IMG/VR virus record: IMGVR_UViG_3300023313_000004
Coordinates: 11,573 to 75,572 of that record
Strand: one strand, 5' to 3'
Length of the DNA stretch: 64,000 bases
Source: a virus
A program made the position numbers and the translations under genes. Under the pieces are notes generated by a model. That model was given only the letters and a program-made list of their open reading frames with translations. It ran no database searches and was not told the origin of the DNA. Below are positions 27,981-38,600 of this stretch, one piece after another; the first letter of the stretch is position 1, and each line of letters begins with the position of its first letter.

Positions 27981-29484
27981 GTAAGACCTCTAATAACTCT
28001 GAAAGATATTTCTTATAGGGTGTCGCCCTGTTCACGCTAGAACTATACAAAGGCTTAACTACTTGGGCTAAGGACGCTGTACGCACGTTCCTTTTTAGGT
28101 TATAAAAGGATGTGCATCCCTCCTCAAAAGGTACCCCTATATAATTAAGAATGCCTTGGGTGGTCTCCCTCTGGTTAGTGACCATATCCTCATAGTTAAC
28201 TTGATGTATCGTTCCTTTGGGAAGGATACTGCCCCATAAGTCCATTAGCCATAGGTGGTGATTGTACTCCTTGCCTAACTCTGTTTGGTCAAAGGAATAA
28301 TCATGCCTATGTGCAAAGAGGGTAGTAAGGCAAGAGAAACAGTTATCTACTGCATCTCTTTTACAATAAATAAATTTGGCAGTTGGGAACATTGCGTAGA
28401 TAAGAGGGATAAACTTGTAGTTTGCAGGCATTTTATCCACCGCAAATTTAGTGTCAAAATGCCTCACCCTATCGGATAAGTATGTCTCTGCTAGGTCTTC
28501 TGGGCAGGAAGGAACATCACTACTATGCTGCGCCCAGAGCTTACTAAAATCATGGGCGGACTCTGATACAGACATTAGTTCCCCAAGGGCAGTAATATCA
28601 CTATGGCTACCTAGTATCTGCTCTACCAAAGTAGTACCACTTCTTGGCATACCAAAAACAAATACTAAGGGGGATTCACCCTCTGTAGGAGGCATCTCTT
28701 TAAAGAAGTCCTTAGTGAATACCTCTTTATACTTCGTAGCTATATCTTTATAGTTAGGATAATTAACCCTACTCTTCTTCACAGTGTCATTGGCGGTGTT
28801 GTACGCCCCCCAAGAACCCTCTACATCCCCTCTTTGCTCCAAGAGCCTACCTAGCCCATTATATAACATAGGTAATTTATCTTTAGGGGTGGAAAGCCTT
28901 GATAAGACCTCTCGTACTTTCGTCTCTGTGCATACAGAGGAAGCGGCATGGTCAAATAGAGGGAGTGCGTGGCAGTACGCTAGCCAAGAATCAGGCCTAG
29001 CAGAGATAATATCTTCAAGGTAAGAACAAGAGACTTTTATCTCAGAGCACTCAACTAATAACTCCGCCACCACCAATTTTAGTTCAAGGTTCTCTCCGCA
29101 GTTTATACCCCTCAATACTTCAGATGCTTTAATAGACTCAAATTCAGAGATAAGGGCTTTAGCATATCCTAGTCCTATACTAGCATCAAAGGGGTTAAGG
29201 GTGTATGCCCTCCCCATTAGAGAGGTATCCCCCATTAGGCTGCCTACGATAATAAGGACACTAGGGTCATCACTATAAAGGCGTAGTAGTGTAGCAGCCA
29301 CTTTTTTAGCTTCATCTATATGCCCCTGAGCGTGGGCAATTTGTGCCATACCTATCAAAGCATCCTTATTGTCTGGGTCTTGGGATAATACGATATTAAA
29401 CCCCTGCTCCGCAGCGAGGGGGTTTCCTTGGTCTAAATACATGGTCGCGCTATTTAGGTGCTCTATAAGCTGCCCTTTTTTCAT
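27967..29484 (-). CDS. TPR-repeat sulfotransferase
   Basis: N-terminal TPR helices; PAPS loop FVFGMPRSGTTLVEQIL, DKMP.N, R...DNCFS, YEDMV, VRTAS..QV..PLY. Confidence 0.93.
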   Translation of the reverse strand: MKKGQLIEHLNSATMYLDQGNPLAAEQGFNIVLSQDPDNKDALIGMAQIAHAQGHIDEAKKVAATLLRLYSDDPSVLIIVGSLMGDTSLMGRAYTLNPFDASIGLGYAKALISEFESIKASEVLRGINCGENLELKLVVAELLVECSEIKVSCSYLEDIISARPDSWLAYCHALPLFDHAASSVCTETKVREVLSRLSTPKDKLPMLYNGLGRLLEQRGDVEGSWGAYNTANDTVKKSRVNYPNYKDIATKYKEVFTKDFFKEMPPTEGESPLVFVFGMPRSGTTLVEQILGSHSDITALGELMSVSESAHDFSKLWAQHSSDVPSCPEDLAETYLSDRVRHFDTKFAVDKMPANYKFIPLIYAMFPTAKFIYCKRDAVDNCFSCLTTLFAHRHDYSFDQTELGKEYNHHLWLMDLWGSILPKGTIHQVNYEDMVTNQRETTQGILNYIGVPFEEGCTSFYNLKRNVRTASLAQVVKPLYSSSVNRATPYKKYLSELLEVLHGNH

Positions 29485-29897
29485 AGAGTTACACTCATAG
29501 AGGAGATAGATACTTTATCAGAGGTAGTAATGACTGTCCCAGCAGCCCCGTCTGCCAGCTCCATATCCGCACCTGAGCCTACAGCCCCAACATCCCCATC
29601 CATAATGTGGGCGGCTAAGGAAGGCACAATATTGTCGTACATTCTGAACCATGTAGCTGACCCATTAGCATCCCCTAGTAAATCGGAGGCGGTTGCGTTT
29701 AGGGTCGCTGTGCGTAAAACAGAAGCATTAAATGGCGATGCACTTAATGGTATAGTTGCTAAGGTTATGCCTGTGGCGGCAGTGTCAGGTGTTAAAGGTC
29801 TAACCCCAGTGCGTAGCTCTAAGCAGCCATTGGAGAAAGGTATTAGGAAGGAATCTATAGCTGTATTCGCCCCCAAAATTGAAATAGAATAAGCCAT
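29481..29897 (-). CDS. Small virion structural protein (paralog of next ORF)
   Basis: LELRTG.RP, ATWFRMYD, DGDVG..GSGADM. Confidence 0.65.
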   Translation of the reverse strand: MAYSISILGANTAIDSFLIPFSNGCLELRTGVRPLTPDTAATGITLATIPLSASPFNASVLRTATLNATASDLLGDANGSATWFRMYDNIVPSLAAHIMDGDVGAVGSGADMELADGAAGTVITTSDKVSISSMSVTL

Positions 29898-29920
29898 TAT
29901 TAGTCCTCTAAATGATTAAG

Positions 29921-29949
29921 AAAAAAGGAGGGCTGTGAAGCCCCCCCTA
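29921..29949 (-). terminator. Intrinsic terminator
   Basis: GGGGGGCTTCACAGCCCTCC followed by TTTTTT. Confidence 0.7.
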
Positions 29950-29956
29950 GTGGGTA

Positions 29957-30376
29957 TTATGCGTTACCAGCTGTGCGAGTCAAAGTGTTAATGTTTACCG
30001 TTTGAGTATTAGCTACAGATACGTTATCCATAGTCATATCACCACCACCGCCTGTAGCAGTTACCGTTCCTTGCTCATGGCATACTGTGCCTGCTGAGTC
30101 ATAGATACGGTAGGCTAACACTGCTGTACCTGCTGCGGCTGCTGCGATACCAGTAACGGTAAACGGTGCGCCCAAGATAGTTTTTGCACCTGCTGATGCA
30201 GTAGTAGACCAATCTGCAGGTAGTGTGCCTGTAGCGATAGAGACAGCTGTAGGTGCTGTACCGCAGTTTACAGGGTTTGCTCCGTCATATAAACGAACAA
30301 TAGGAGAGGTACCAATAGTGGTCTCCCATGCGTCTAGCTGAGCATTTCTTACGGATACTGAATATTGTAATGCCAT
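29957..30376 (-). CDS. Small virion structural protein, probably high copy
   Basis: MALQYSVSVRNAQLDA..YRIYDS.GTVCHEQGTVT..GGGGDM; strong AAGGAGG RBS; own terminator. Confidence 0.7.
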   Translation of the reverse strand: MALQYSVSVRNAQLDAWETTIGTSPIVRLYDGANPVNCGTAPTAVSIATGTLPADWSTTASAGAKTILGAPFTVTGIAAAAAGTAVLAYRIYDSAGTVCHEQGTVTATGGGGDMTMDNVSVANTQTVNINTLTRTAGNA

Positions 30377-30430
30377 GGCGTATAGCCTCCTTACTTAAGT
30401 GCGACCAACCCTAGATGCCCCGAATAGTCT

Positions 30431-30838
30431 TTACAACTCTCTTACGATAGGAGGGTCGCCCTTCCTACGGTGGGGGTACAAGGCTAAACCTTCTTCCCCT
30501 AGCACAATAAACCTACGAATAGCTATGATATATGCGTAGGCAAATAGCGTTAGAGACAGGGAGAGCAGTTCTTCTACAATAGCATAGGCCTTATCCTCAG
30601 GGGCTATTAGGGTATAATAAATATGCAGTGTTTGTAATACACAGACTAGGGATGCCGCGACTGCACCTGAGAACACTACAAGGATATTAGCATACATCTG
30701 TAGCCTTTCGTACACACTACGTTGGGGGTTGTTTGAGTATTGTTCCTTAGGTTGAGTATAAATATTAGCTAGCTTATATAGTAGGCAGATACACCCTATG
30801 TATGCGGCTAGGTTTATTATATCAATATATAGGTACAC
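30431..30838 (-). CDS. Membrane protein (3 TM)
   Basis: Three hydrophobic helices. Confidence 0.55.
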   Translation of the reverse strand: MYLYIDIINLAAYIGCICLLYKLANIYTQPKEQYSNNPQRSVYERLQMYANILVVFSGAVAASLVCVLQTLHIYYTLIAPEDKAYAIVEELLSLSLTLFAYAYIIAIRRFIVLGEEGLALYPHRRKGDPPIVREL

Positions 30839-30840
30839 CC

Positions 30841-31158
30841 TTAGCTCTTCCCTACTGCGACTAGAGCCGCTGCTGCGAAGCCCAGAAATATTATAGCAGC
30901 AATACTTTTTCCTAATGAGGAGAAGAACCCTTCCCCCATACTATCCATCCTATGCATCCAAGTCTGAAGAAACTTATGCTCCTCGTCATGGGTGGTGTGT
31001 AGCTCCGCCTTTATAACCTCTGCCACTCTTCTTAGCTCTGAGGCTTCGTGCTCTTGTATCATTACTTTTACAGCGGCAAGAGTCTCTTCCCTAGACCTAG
31101 AGTGTTCTTCCTTAATAAGTTGCATAAGTACCTGTAAGTCTGAGCCCTCAATAGCCAC
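30841..31158 (-). CDS. Coiled-coil protein with C-terminal TM
   Basis: Charged helix followed by a C-terminal hydrophobic segment. Confidence 0.55.
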   Translation of the reverse strand: MAIEGSDLQVLMQLIKEEHSRSREETLAAVKVMIQEHEASELRRVAEVIKAELHTTHDEEHKFLQTWMHRMDSMGEGFFSSLGKSIAAIIFLGFAAAALVAVGKS

Positions 31159-31162
31159 CCTA

Positions 31163-31480
31163 CTACACCTGTACTTGTACTACTACAGCACCTGTACCTG
31201 TTCTAACTGCCTGCACAAAGTTGTACTTAGCTGGGAGAACGTAAAGAGACCCTACGGTGGTCAAAGCAGCAACTGTATAAATATCTACCCATGGGGCGAG
31301 GGGGGTTAACTTAGCCTGTACCACTACGGATGTAGCTGCAGGGGTAGGGGATACTTGGACTATACTAGGGGCAGAGGCCACCAAAGATGTGTTAGCGTCT
31401 ATACCTGTAATAGCTAGGGCTGTATCTAGTATCGTGTATGCAGGGCTCTCCTGCTTATCTTGCATAGTAATTAAAGGCAT
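31163..31480 (-). CDS. Hypothetical virion protein
   Basis: Beta-sandwich-like composition; RBS before ATG at 31480. Confidence 0.55.
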   Translation of the reverse strand: MPLITMQDKQESPAYTILDTALAITGIDANTSLVASAPSIVQVSPTPAATSVVVQAKLTPLAPWVDIYTVAALTTVGSLYVLPAKYNFVQAVRTGTGAVVVQVQV

Positions 31481-31528
31481 ATATCTCTCCAAAGTGTTGC
31501 GCTACGGTAGCCCCTCCTAGGGGGGCAA

Positions 31529-31753
31529 TCAAATATAGAATATGGGCAGGGTGCTAACCCCTTTTACTTGTCCTGTGATAATACCATTCCTCACCCTTAC
31601 ATCCACACCTACAGGGTGCGACCCCTCTAATTCCACCGTACCCTTGATGGTAGAAAGGAGGACTTTAGACCCCTGACTAGATAGGACGGTGCCAGTATAA
31701 GAATCCCCCGATGATAATAGGAGTCTTAAGGACGCTAGGCTGTTAGTAGGCAT
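31529..31753 (-). CDS. Small tail-tip protein
   Basis: OB-like short strands; end of the tail-tip operon. Confidence 0.5.
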   Translation of the reverse strand: MPTNSLASLRLLLSSGDSYTGTVLSSQGSKVLLSTIKGTVELEGSHPVGVDVRVRNGIITGQVKGVSTLPIFYI

Positions 31754-32048
31754 ATCTAAGGACTTGTAACTCTGTAACTGTATCTGTAGCACTGCTTAGG
31801 TGTCTTATGCGGATTATCTTGCCTCTCCATGAAGACCCTGTGAGGGCATCAAAGGCTTCCAACAACATACCCCTAACAACCCCTGCGCTATAAATAACCG
31901 TCAAAGTTACGGTACTACCCGCCAAAGAATTGGCATCTAGCTCACTAGCACCTCTAGCCAAGGCTACGGAGGTGGTAGAAAGAAGGGGGGACACTATGCC
32001 TTCACCAAAGGTACTTCCCCCCACCCTAGATACAACAATATCTATCAT
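31743..32048 (-). CDS. Tail-tip protein
   Basis: Coupled ORF; A.ARG..EL..WRGKI pattern. Confidence 0.55.
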   Translation of the reverse strand: MIDIVVSRVGGSTFGEGIVSPLLSTTSVALARGASELDANSLAGSTVTLTVIYSAGVVRGMLLEAFDALTGSSWRGKIIRIRHLSSATDTVTELQVLRYAY

Positions 32049-32563
32049 ACAATAGGGTCTATAGAGGCGTTGCCAGTAATATATACTACTATGGAGAACA
32101 CTGATTCTCCTCCCATAGTGGCAGGAGATGCAATTTTAAATGCTTCAAAACCAGTAGTGTACACTACTTTTAATGCCCCTACTCCTGTCGTAGAAGCCAC
32201 AAGTTGGTTCTCCTCTGTAACAGTTATGGAGCCTAGGCTTTTCCCTAGCCATGTGAAGCTACTAAGGGATTTTACAGGTTTGCTAGAGGTAGCAACATTA
32301 GAACCCGCATATGTGAGTATCTCTGTTACCTCCATAGTCCCAGAACCCATACTAATAACAGAACCATAAGAGGCCTCCTGAGTTATCAGGTTTTGGGATA
32401 CTGAAGCAGTGGTGTATAGTAGGTAATATGCATCGTCTCCCGGAAAAAAAGAGGTCTTGCCTTTGTTATATCCGTCTGCCCTACCGTCTATTTCTGCAGA
32501 AAGTATGCCTGTGGCATCTAAGGTACCAAATTGGACTACTATGCTAGTGGTTACTTCACCCAT
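32045..32563 (-). CDS. Tail-tip protein
   Basis: EILTY..SKPV..FTWLG..V.Y.T segment is similar to the C-terminus of the 32563-34485 protein. Confidence 0.55.
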   Translation of the reverse strand: MGEVTTSIVVQFGTLDATGILSAEIDGRADGYNKGKTSFFPGDDAYYLLYTTASVSQNLITQEASYGSVISMGSGTMEVTEILTYAGSNVATSSKPVKSLSSFTWLGKSLGSITVTEENQLVASTTGVGALKVVYTTGFEAFKIASPATMGGESVFSIVVYITGNASIDPIV

Positions 32564-34485
32564 TACGTTGCCTCCACGACAAATTGTGCTTTACTTCCTA
32601 CTACGCCAGAAACTCGATACTTTTGGTACTTAGTGGCGTATGTTACCTCTGCTAAGGACTCTGAAGGTGTGCTGGACGTTAATGTGTTGCTTCCAGCGAC
32701 AAAAGTAACGCCGCCTAACGGAACATTCAACCAAAGCACCTTGGATAGGGTATAGATAGGCTTGCTTAGGGAGGCACTACCCCTAACAAATTCCACCGTT
32801 TCTGTTAGTGTCTCAGAGACCCTACCCTTGTTTACCATAGTGGTGTTTGCACCAGAGGTGTGACGCACAGAGTAGTTACTTCTTAGTGGGCTCAAAAAGA
32901 CTTTTAAGTCCCCTACTGAGGGGTCTAGCTGGTCAGCTTTATATTCTGCACTATCCCCGTATGATGCATCAGAATCAGCTATCCGTATCTTATCGAATTT
33001 TTTGGTGATATTAGCTGATTCTGAGGAAGAAAGGACATCCGTATAGTCACTATATACCCTATCTGGGACATGCTCTGCATATTGTTGTACAGGTATAGGG
33101 AATTTCTTTCTGGCATACAGCTTCCCATCAGGGGCGCACTCCAGAACCCCCCCAGCGGCGGTCACTATATTTTTTACTATAGATAAAGGGGCTGCGCTAG
33201 AGGCACTCAATCTGTTAGGGGGGATAATCCAATCCACAATACCCCAAGTAACAGTACCTACCCCCAGTAACTCATCTGCGACACTACTTGCTAATGTGGG
33301 GGTGCTCCATACTTTAGTCACAGCCTCGGCATAGTCACCTGTGTAGAGGATAGTGGGGCTAATACCTGTAACAGTAAACGTCCTCTCGGAGGGGGAGGAC
33401 TGACCCCTAGATTTAGAGGGGGTAATCATAGCGTACACTTCCCCCATTAAGTGCAGGGAAAAAGGCTCCCCTAGCACAAAAAGGGCTAAAGCCCCTTCTG
33501 AGACCAAGCCTAAAGTACAGTTCCATGCAGGGTTGCCCTCCTCCGCTACTACCTCCGCAGATAACAAGGGTATCTTTGCATTGCCTATCATAACGTAGGG
33601 GGGGATATTTGTTATAGTGGTAGTAGCCTCATCTCTTAAGCTCCATCTCCCAGAGATAGACGTAGAGACTTTGTTACCTGTACCAAGGGAGTAAGGTATA
33701 TCGACTCCTGCCTCCACAGGAAAGGTGAAGTCACATAATGACTGAAGGCTAGAAGCGGCTACGCTCCGTAGGGTATAGGGCATACTAATATGCGAGCCAA
33801 GAGTAAGACTAAGAACATCATATCCTATGGCCACATCAGACCCAACCACACTTGCATTACTATATTGAAAAGATACTGACCCCTGCGTAGTGCTCCGTAA
33901 TGAGTAAAGGCTCTGGGTGTAGGCTGCTACAGTCACAGAGTTCCCATACACCCCCGTATTAGAGGAGGCAACCTTACTTCTTAGGGTGTACACCCCTCCT
34001 GTAGAAGACAATACGGTAGCAGCGTTGGAGTAGGTAGATTTTGCTGTGGAGGACACTTTGCTCCTTAAAGTATAACTGCTCCCCACAGAGGCAGATACGG
34101 TAGTACTATCGGAGTATGTTGTTAGGGCGGAGGAGGCAACCTTACTTCTTAGGGTGTACTGGGCGGAGGCACTGGAGGCTACCGTAGCGGCATCACCATA
34201 GACCCCCGTAGTACTAGACCCTGTGATACCAGTGTAGGTGGATGTTAGGCTACCCTCTACTGGGGTGTATAATAAAAGGTCATATACTCCCAGACCCCCA
34301 CCACTATACACCTTAGAGGTGGATATATAAGGCAAGGCTAAAGAGCTGCCCATAGGAGCACTCCAATTACCCTTAAGTGCAGAGGATACCAGCAGCCCAT
34401 ATTCCGAGGGGAGGGCACTACCTACCCTAACCACCATGGCTGACCCATTTATATACCCAGCATTTATTGCACTTATATTAGGCAT
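32563..34485 (-). CDS. Tail hub-like protein with N-terminal 14-aa Tyr-periodic repeats
   Basis: YTLRSKVASS-type repeats followed by a hub-like domain (IVTAAGGVLECAPDGKL). Confidence 0.6.
   Translation of the reverse strand: MPNISAINAGYINGSAMVVRVGSALPSEYGLLVSSALKGNWSAPMGSSLALPYISTSKVYSGGGLGVYDLLLYTPVEGSLTSTYTGITGSSTTGVYGDAATVASSASAQYTLRSKVASSALTTYSDSTTVSASVGSSYTLRSKVSSTAKSTYSNAATVLSSTGGVYTLRSKVASSNTGVYGNSVTVAAYTQSLYSLRSTTQGSVSFQYSNASVVGSDVAIGYDVLSLTLGSHISMPYTLRSVAASSLQSLCDFTFPVEAGVDIPYSLGTGNKVSTSISGRWSLRDEATTTITNIPPYVMIGNAKIPLLSAEVVAEEGNPAWNCTLGLVSEGALALFVLGEPFSLHLMGEVYAMITPSKSRGQSSPSERTFTVTGISPTILYTGDYAEAVTKVWSTPTLASSVADELLGVGTVTWGIVDWIIPPNRLSASSAAPLSIVKNIVTAAGGVLECAPDGKLYARKKFPIPVQQYAEHVPDRVYSDYTDVLSSSESANITKKFDKIRIADSDASYGDSAEYKADQLDPSVGDLKVFLSPLRSNYSVRHTSGANTTMVNKGRVSETLTETVEFVRGSASLSKPIYTLSKVLWLNVPLGGVTFVAGSNTLTSSTPSESLAEVTYATKYQKYRVSGVVGSKAQFVVEAT
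33962..34159. repeat. 30-bp exact direct repeat, 168 nt apart
   Basis: GAGGAGGCAACCTTACTTCTTAGGGTGTAC at 33962-33991 and 34130-34159. Confidence 0.85.
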
Positions 34486-34531
34486 AGAAACCCCTCATCA
34501 AAAAAGCCCACTTTACAGGGTCATAATACTA

Positions 34532-35341
34532 TTATCTATCGGGGTAGAATAACTCATAGAACCATGAGCCTCTGGCTTTTATATCAGAGCTTATATGCTC
34601 CCCTAGTATATCGTCCCAGTCTGTGGGGGGCGCGGATACAGAACCCTGTACCTCATGCTCTCCGTAGGGGGCATGAATATGGTCATGCTCGAAGGTAGTC
34701 CCCACTACCCCCTCATAAGTGTGCCCCTCAAACCATGGCAGACCGCAGTAATCATACACTCTTTTTAGCTCTCGCTCTGGGTCAGCACCCAAGTCCTCCG
34801 CTCTTACCACTAGCATACTAGAAAGAAACCCTCTCTGGTGTGCTTCCAATAACATTTCTAACGCATTACCTAGGGGGGAGTCAGAGAGATACCCCTCCAC
34901 CCTATTTTGCAGGGTAATACCTTTGTTATCCTTCCCTAGCGGTGTAAGAAGAGTAGGATTGCCTCTATGTAACTTTTCTAAACTGGCAACACACCCTCTA
35001 ATATCCCTAATAGGAACTATCACTTTTGGTTGGGGGTACATTGCTAGCAGAAGGTCAAACTTCCCTAACCAACCCCTACTCTTATCAAAACATTCGCCTT
35101 TAGCTGTGTCTGCAAAGTAACCTCGTACTACTCCTCTCATAGCACCTAGCATACTCCTATCTAAGGTGTCCTTATCTAGGGCTCTACAGGTAGAGGAGTT
35201 ACTCCTTGTCCCCACCATACCAGTAAGTAGCTCCACAAGGGGGCTAGTAGGTGTGGTGTGGAACTCAGGGTTTTGTGCCAATAATGCAGTCAAGATAGTG
35301 GAGTTAGACCTAGGGAGTCCTCCTAGGAAGTGTACCGTCAT
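34532..35341 (-). CDS. Sulfotransferase
   Basis: FLGGLPRSNSTIL..LLAQNP, FDKSRGW, RDIR..VASLEKL, RAEDL..DP. Confidence 0.88.
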   Translation of the reverse strand: MTVHFLGGLPRSNSTILTALLAQNPEFHTTPTSPLVELLTGMVGTRSNSSTCRALDKDTLDRSMLGAMRGVVRGYFADTAKGECFDKSRGWLGKFDLLLAMYPQPKVIVPIRDIRGCVASLEKLHRGNPTLLTPLGKDNKGITLQNRVEGYLSDSPLGNALEMLLEAHQRGFLSSMLVVRAEDLGADPERELKRVYDYCGLPWFEGHTYEGVVGTTFEHDHIHAPYGEHEVQGSVSAPPTDWDDILGEHISSDIKARGSWFYELFYPDR

Positions 35342-35658
35342 ATATCCACTGCCCCAACGTAATCCCCTTGTTTAAGTATCCCATAGCATTTTTTTAAAAT
35401 ATCCGAGGTGAGGACACCCGTAGTTGGGGGGTTAAGGGATACAGGGGTTGCAACCTCATCTAGGTGGGAAAAAGGGACTATCTTCCTCTCTTTAGACAAA
35501 GGAGTAGGGATATATTCTACTGCAGGGGAGGTACTCCCAGAGGGGATACTGTGGGTAAACACCCTAAAGCCCACTTTCTTCTCATCGTTATTAACCCTCA
35601 CCACTGCTATGCGTACTACAGTTTCCACCCCATTAGTATCTGTAACTAATAATGCCAT
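35338..35658 (-). CDS. Hypothetical protein (possible fibre assembly/chaperone)
   Basis: Directly follows the tail fibre; CYGILK..GAVD C-terminus. Confidence 0.5.
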   Translation of the reverse strand: MALLVTDTNGVETVVRIAVVRVNNDEKKVGFRVFTHSIPSGSTSPAVEYIPTPLSKERKIVPFSHLDEVATPVSLNPPTTGVLTSDILKKCYGILKQGDYVGAVDI

Positions 35659-38600
35659 TACCCATCTCCTATCAATATACCTTTAAAGTATGCTCGTACA
35701 AATCCTGTTCCAGCTATAGTCACTTCTGTATCTAAGACAGCTAAACCACTGCTGACTAAGGGGGTGTAACTAACCTTACCCCCATCAGCCATAATACCTG
35801 TAGCTACAGGTGCGACAATACTACCCACCGAGCCCCACTGCAAGGTGGCGGAAGTAGTAGCCCCATTATTAGCTATGACACCACACTCCGACAGGTAAAA
35901 TCTAGTCCCTACGGGTAGGGCTATGGAGGTGATACCAATCAATGAAAGGTCTATATAGTCTGTTAGCAGTACCACCTCTGCTGTATTTCCCCCCACATGC
36001 GTAGCAGGGACTGCAGCTAAAGGGAGGGTATTCCCCACGGAAGGGGCAATTAGAGGCTTAGAAAGTACGCTAGTATAAGGGATGCTATTAACCGCACCAG
36101 ACCCTAACGCCATAGCATCTACAGCACTTACAGAAGTATTTGCACCTAGGGCAGTAGCATTAACGGCACTTGCTGAAGCATACGACCCTAACGCCATAGC
36201 ATCTACCCCTGAGGAGGCAGTACTTCTGCCCATGCCTATAGCCCTCGTACCCCCCACAATAGATAGGTGTCCGATGGCTGTGGCATCTAGCCCTGAGGTG
36301 GAGGCTCTATTCCCTACTGTTACTGTACTCTCTGCAGTAGAGGTAGCATAGTTTCCTAATGACAGCCCCAGATGTGCGCCAGAAGTAGTACTAGTCCCTA
36401 TGCATATAGAGTTAGCCCCCGCGTAACCAGTGCCCCCTGCGGAGGTACCTATAGCGATAGCACTACTACCGTGACGAATGGGGGTAAGAAGGGTGCCTAT
36501 AGCTATACCTGAGTAGGAGGTGCAGTAAGTATCGTACCCTATACCCACCCCATACTCCTTACTCGTCCCTGCTCCATACCCTACCGCAGTGCCTTGGTAG
36601 TAAGCATATGCCCCCCTACCTATAGCAGTGCCGTACTCCTCCGCCCCTGCAAAGGCACCTACTACCGTGGTATCGCCACCCTTAGTATAGGATTCATACC
36701 CTAAGGCCACCACATGGCGGGAGCTGGAGGTAGATACCTTGGTTAATAACCCTAATGAGCCAGTGCCTAGGGCTAGATTGGAGATACCTCCAAAGGAGGA
36801 GGCTGTAGACCTAATACCAAAGTTGCTTTTAAAAGGCCATTCCTTAGCTGTTGTGCCCTCTAATGCCCTCTCTATTAGGGCAGTACCAAGATTAGACCAT
36901 AGCACTTTCACTATCTCAAAGGAGTCCTCATTGGGGGTAGACAATGTAGCAATATAATAGTCTAGGGTAGACACAGGGATAGAGGTTCCCCACCCCTGCA
37001 CCCCAGTCATACCTAAATACCCCGTATAAAAATTATTTGAGGGCATATACCTTGCCATATATGTAAATTGTGCGCCTAAGTATTTGTGGGTTATCCCATC
37101 TGGGGTTACAGAGGCTCCTACTACAACCCCCCCAGAGGAATACTGCATAAAGCAATAAATACTATCTCTTCCGGGGTAAATGGCAGTAATATCCCCTAAT
37201 GCGTTCCCTGATGATAATGCCCAAGAAATACCACTATCAAAAGACCTTAGTAGTTTAGCTCCTGCTGCACCAGCGTACCCTATGCCTCTATGGAACCCTA
37301 CAGAGTGCATATCCGATGCCCATCCTACGGGAGTACCAGCTTCCGTCCAAGTAATGAAGTCATCTGTGTAAAGGACTACGCCCCCTGCGCCAACACCCAC
37401 CCATCTTGAAGTATTATCAACATTTCTTAGGTCTGAGAACCCCCCTAGAGGTATGCCGGGAACTATATGTTGCACCCAAGTATCTACTTCCTTAACCCAC
37501 ACTGAAGAAACATCATCCCAAGCTACGGTAGTACCAGAGTCTAGTGTTTGCACCCCTATAAGGTTCTCTGTCGTAAACTTTTTCATCGTCCTTTCTTGGG
37601 AAGCTAACCATATCCCTGCTGGGCCTACCACTATACCAGCACTACCTTGTTTTAATCCTGTAGGGGGGCCGTATATATCTACCCATGTAGCCCCAGTATC
37701 AGTAGTCTTAATAACGGAGCCACCCTCACAATCTAGGTATGTTGTCGTGCCGTCCGATACTAACGCACCCATCGCCACAGTATTTCCTGCCCTTACTATG
37801 GGCATAGCAGTAGCTGCTGTAAATGTAACGACATTATCCACACTGTAGTATATAGACCTAACCAGTCCATCCACACTACCCAAAAGGAATACGTTTCCTG
37901 CAGCACTACGCACACCATAAAAGTTGGTTAGTGTGGGTGCGAACGTCTGGGTCGTCCAAGTAATACCATCTGGGCTAGTCACTACTACGGGGGCTGTACC
38001 TGCCGCACCATGCCCTGCCACCACAAAGACAAACCCATTATGGGTGATGCTGAGGTCAGTCATAGTATCAATAGCAGTGCCTGTAGTCAGGGTTGTAAAA
38101 ATCGCCCCCCCTGTGACAGTGCTCTGCAACCCTGCTATGGAGGAGGTGATTATACCAATAGTACCATCCGTCTTGAAGTCAGTGGGCGTACCTATAGGGT
38201 TGCCTGTGGCATTTTGGTAGATTATACCATCACTACTATACATGCAGGTATTATTGTTTGTAATCAGGTAGACCCCATTACTATAGTGCAGGCGAGACCC
38301 TACAGAAATAACGGTAGGGGTTGGGTTATTAGGGGCGTGGGTAGCCCAAGACCCCTCAAGTCCTGTTAGGCTAGAGGTCACTAGGGGGTCGCCCACTATC
38401 CCAGCGTCCAGTACCCCCATATATTTAGACCCATCAAAAACAACAGAGTGGGGGGCATGGCGCAAGGGTAAAGAATACCAGTAGTCAAGAGTGGATTCAA
38501 GAATTTGGGGTGGTTGTATTGTACCAGAACCAGAAAATAATACATTGCCTGTGGAGGATACACCCCCTCCTACTAGGGAAGGAGTGTGGGCATCTATAGG

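Noticed and set aside
33962-34159. 30-bp repeat as a DGR template/variable pair or att site
   Set aside because: Exact in-frame coding duplication with no adenine-specific mismatches; no reverse transcriptase or integrase in the window.
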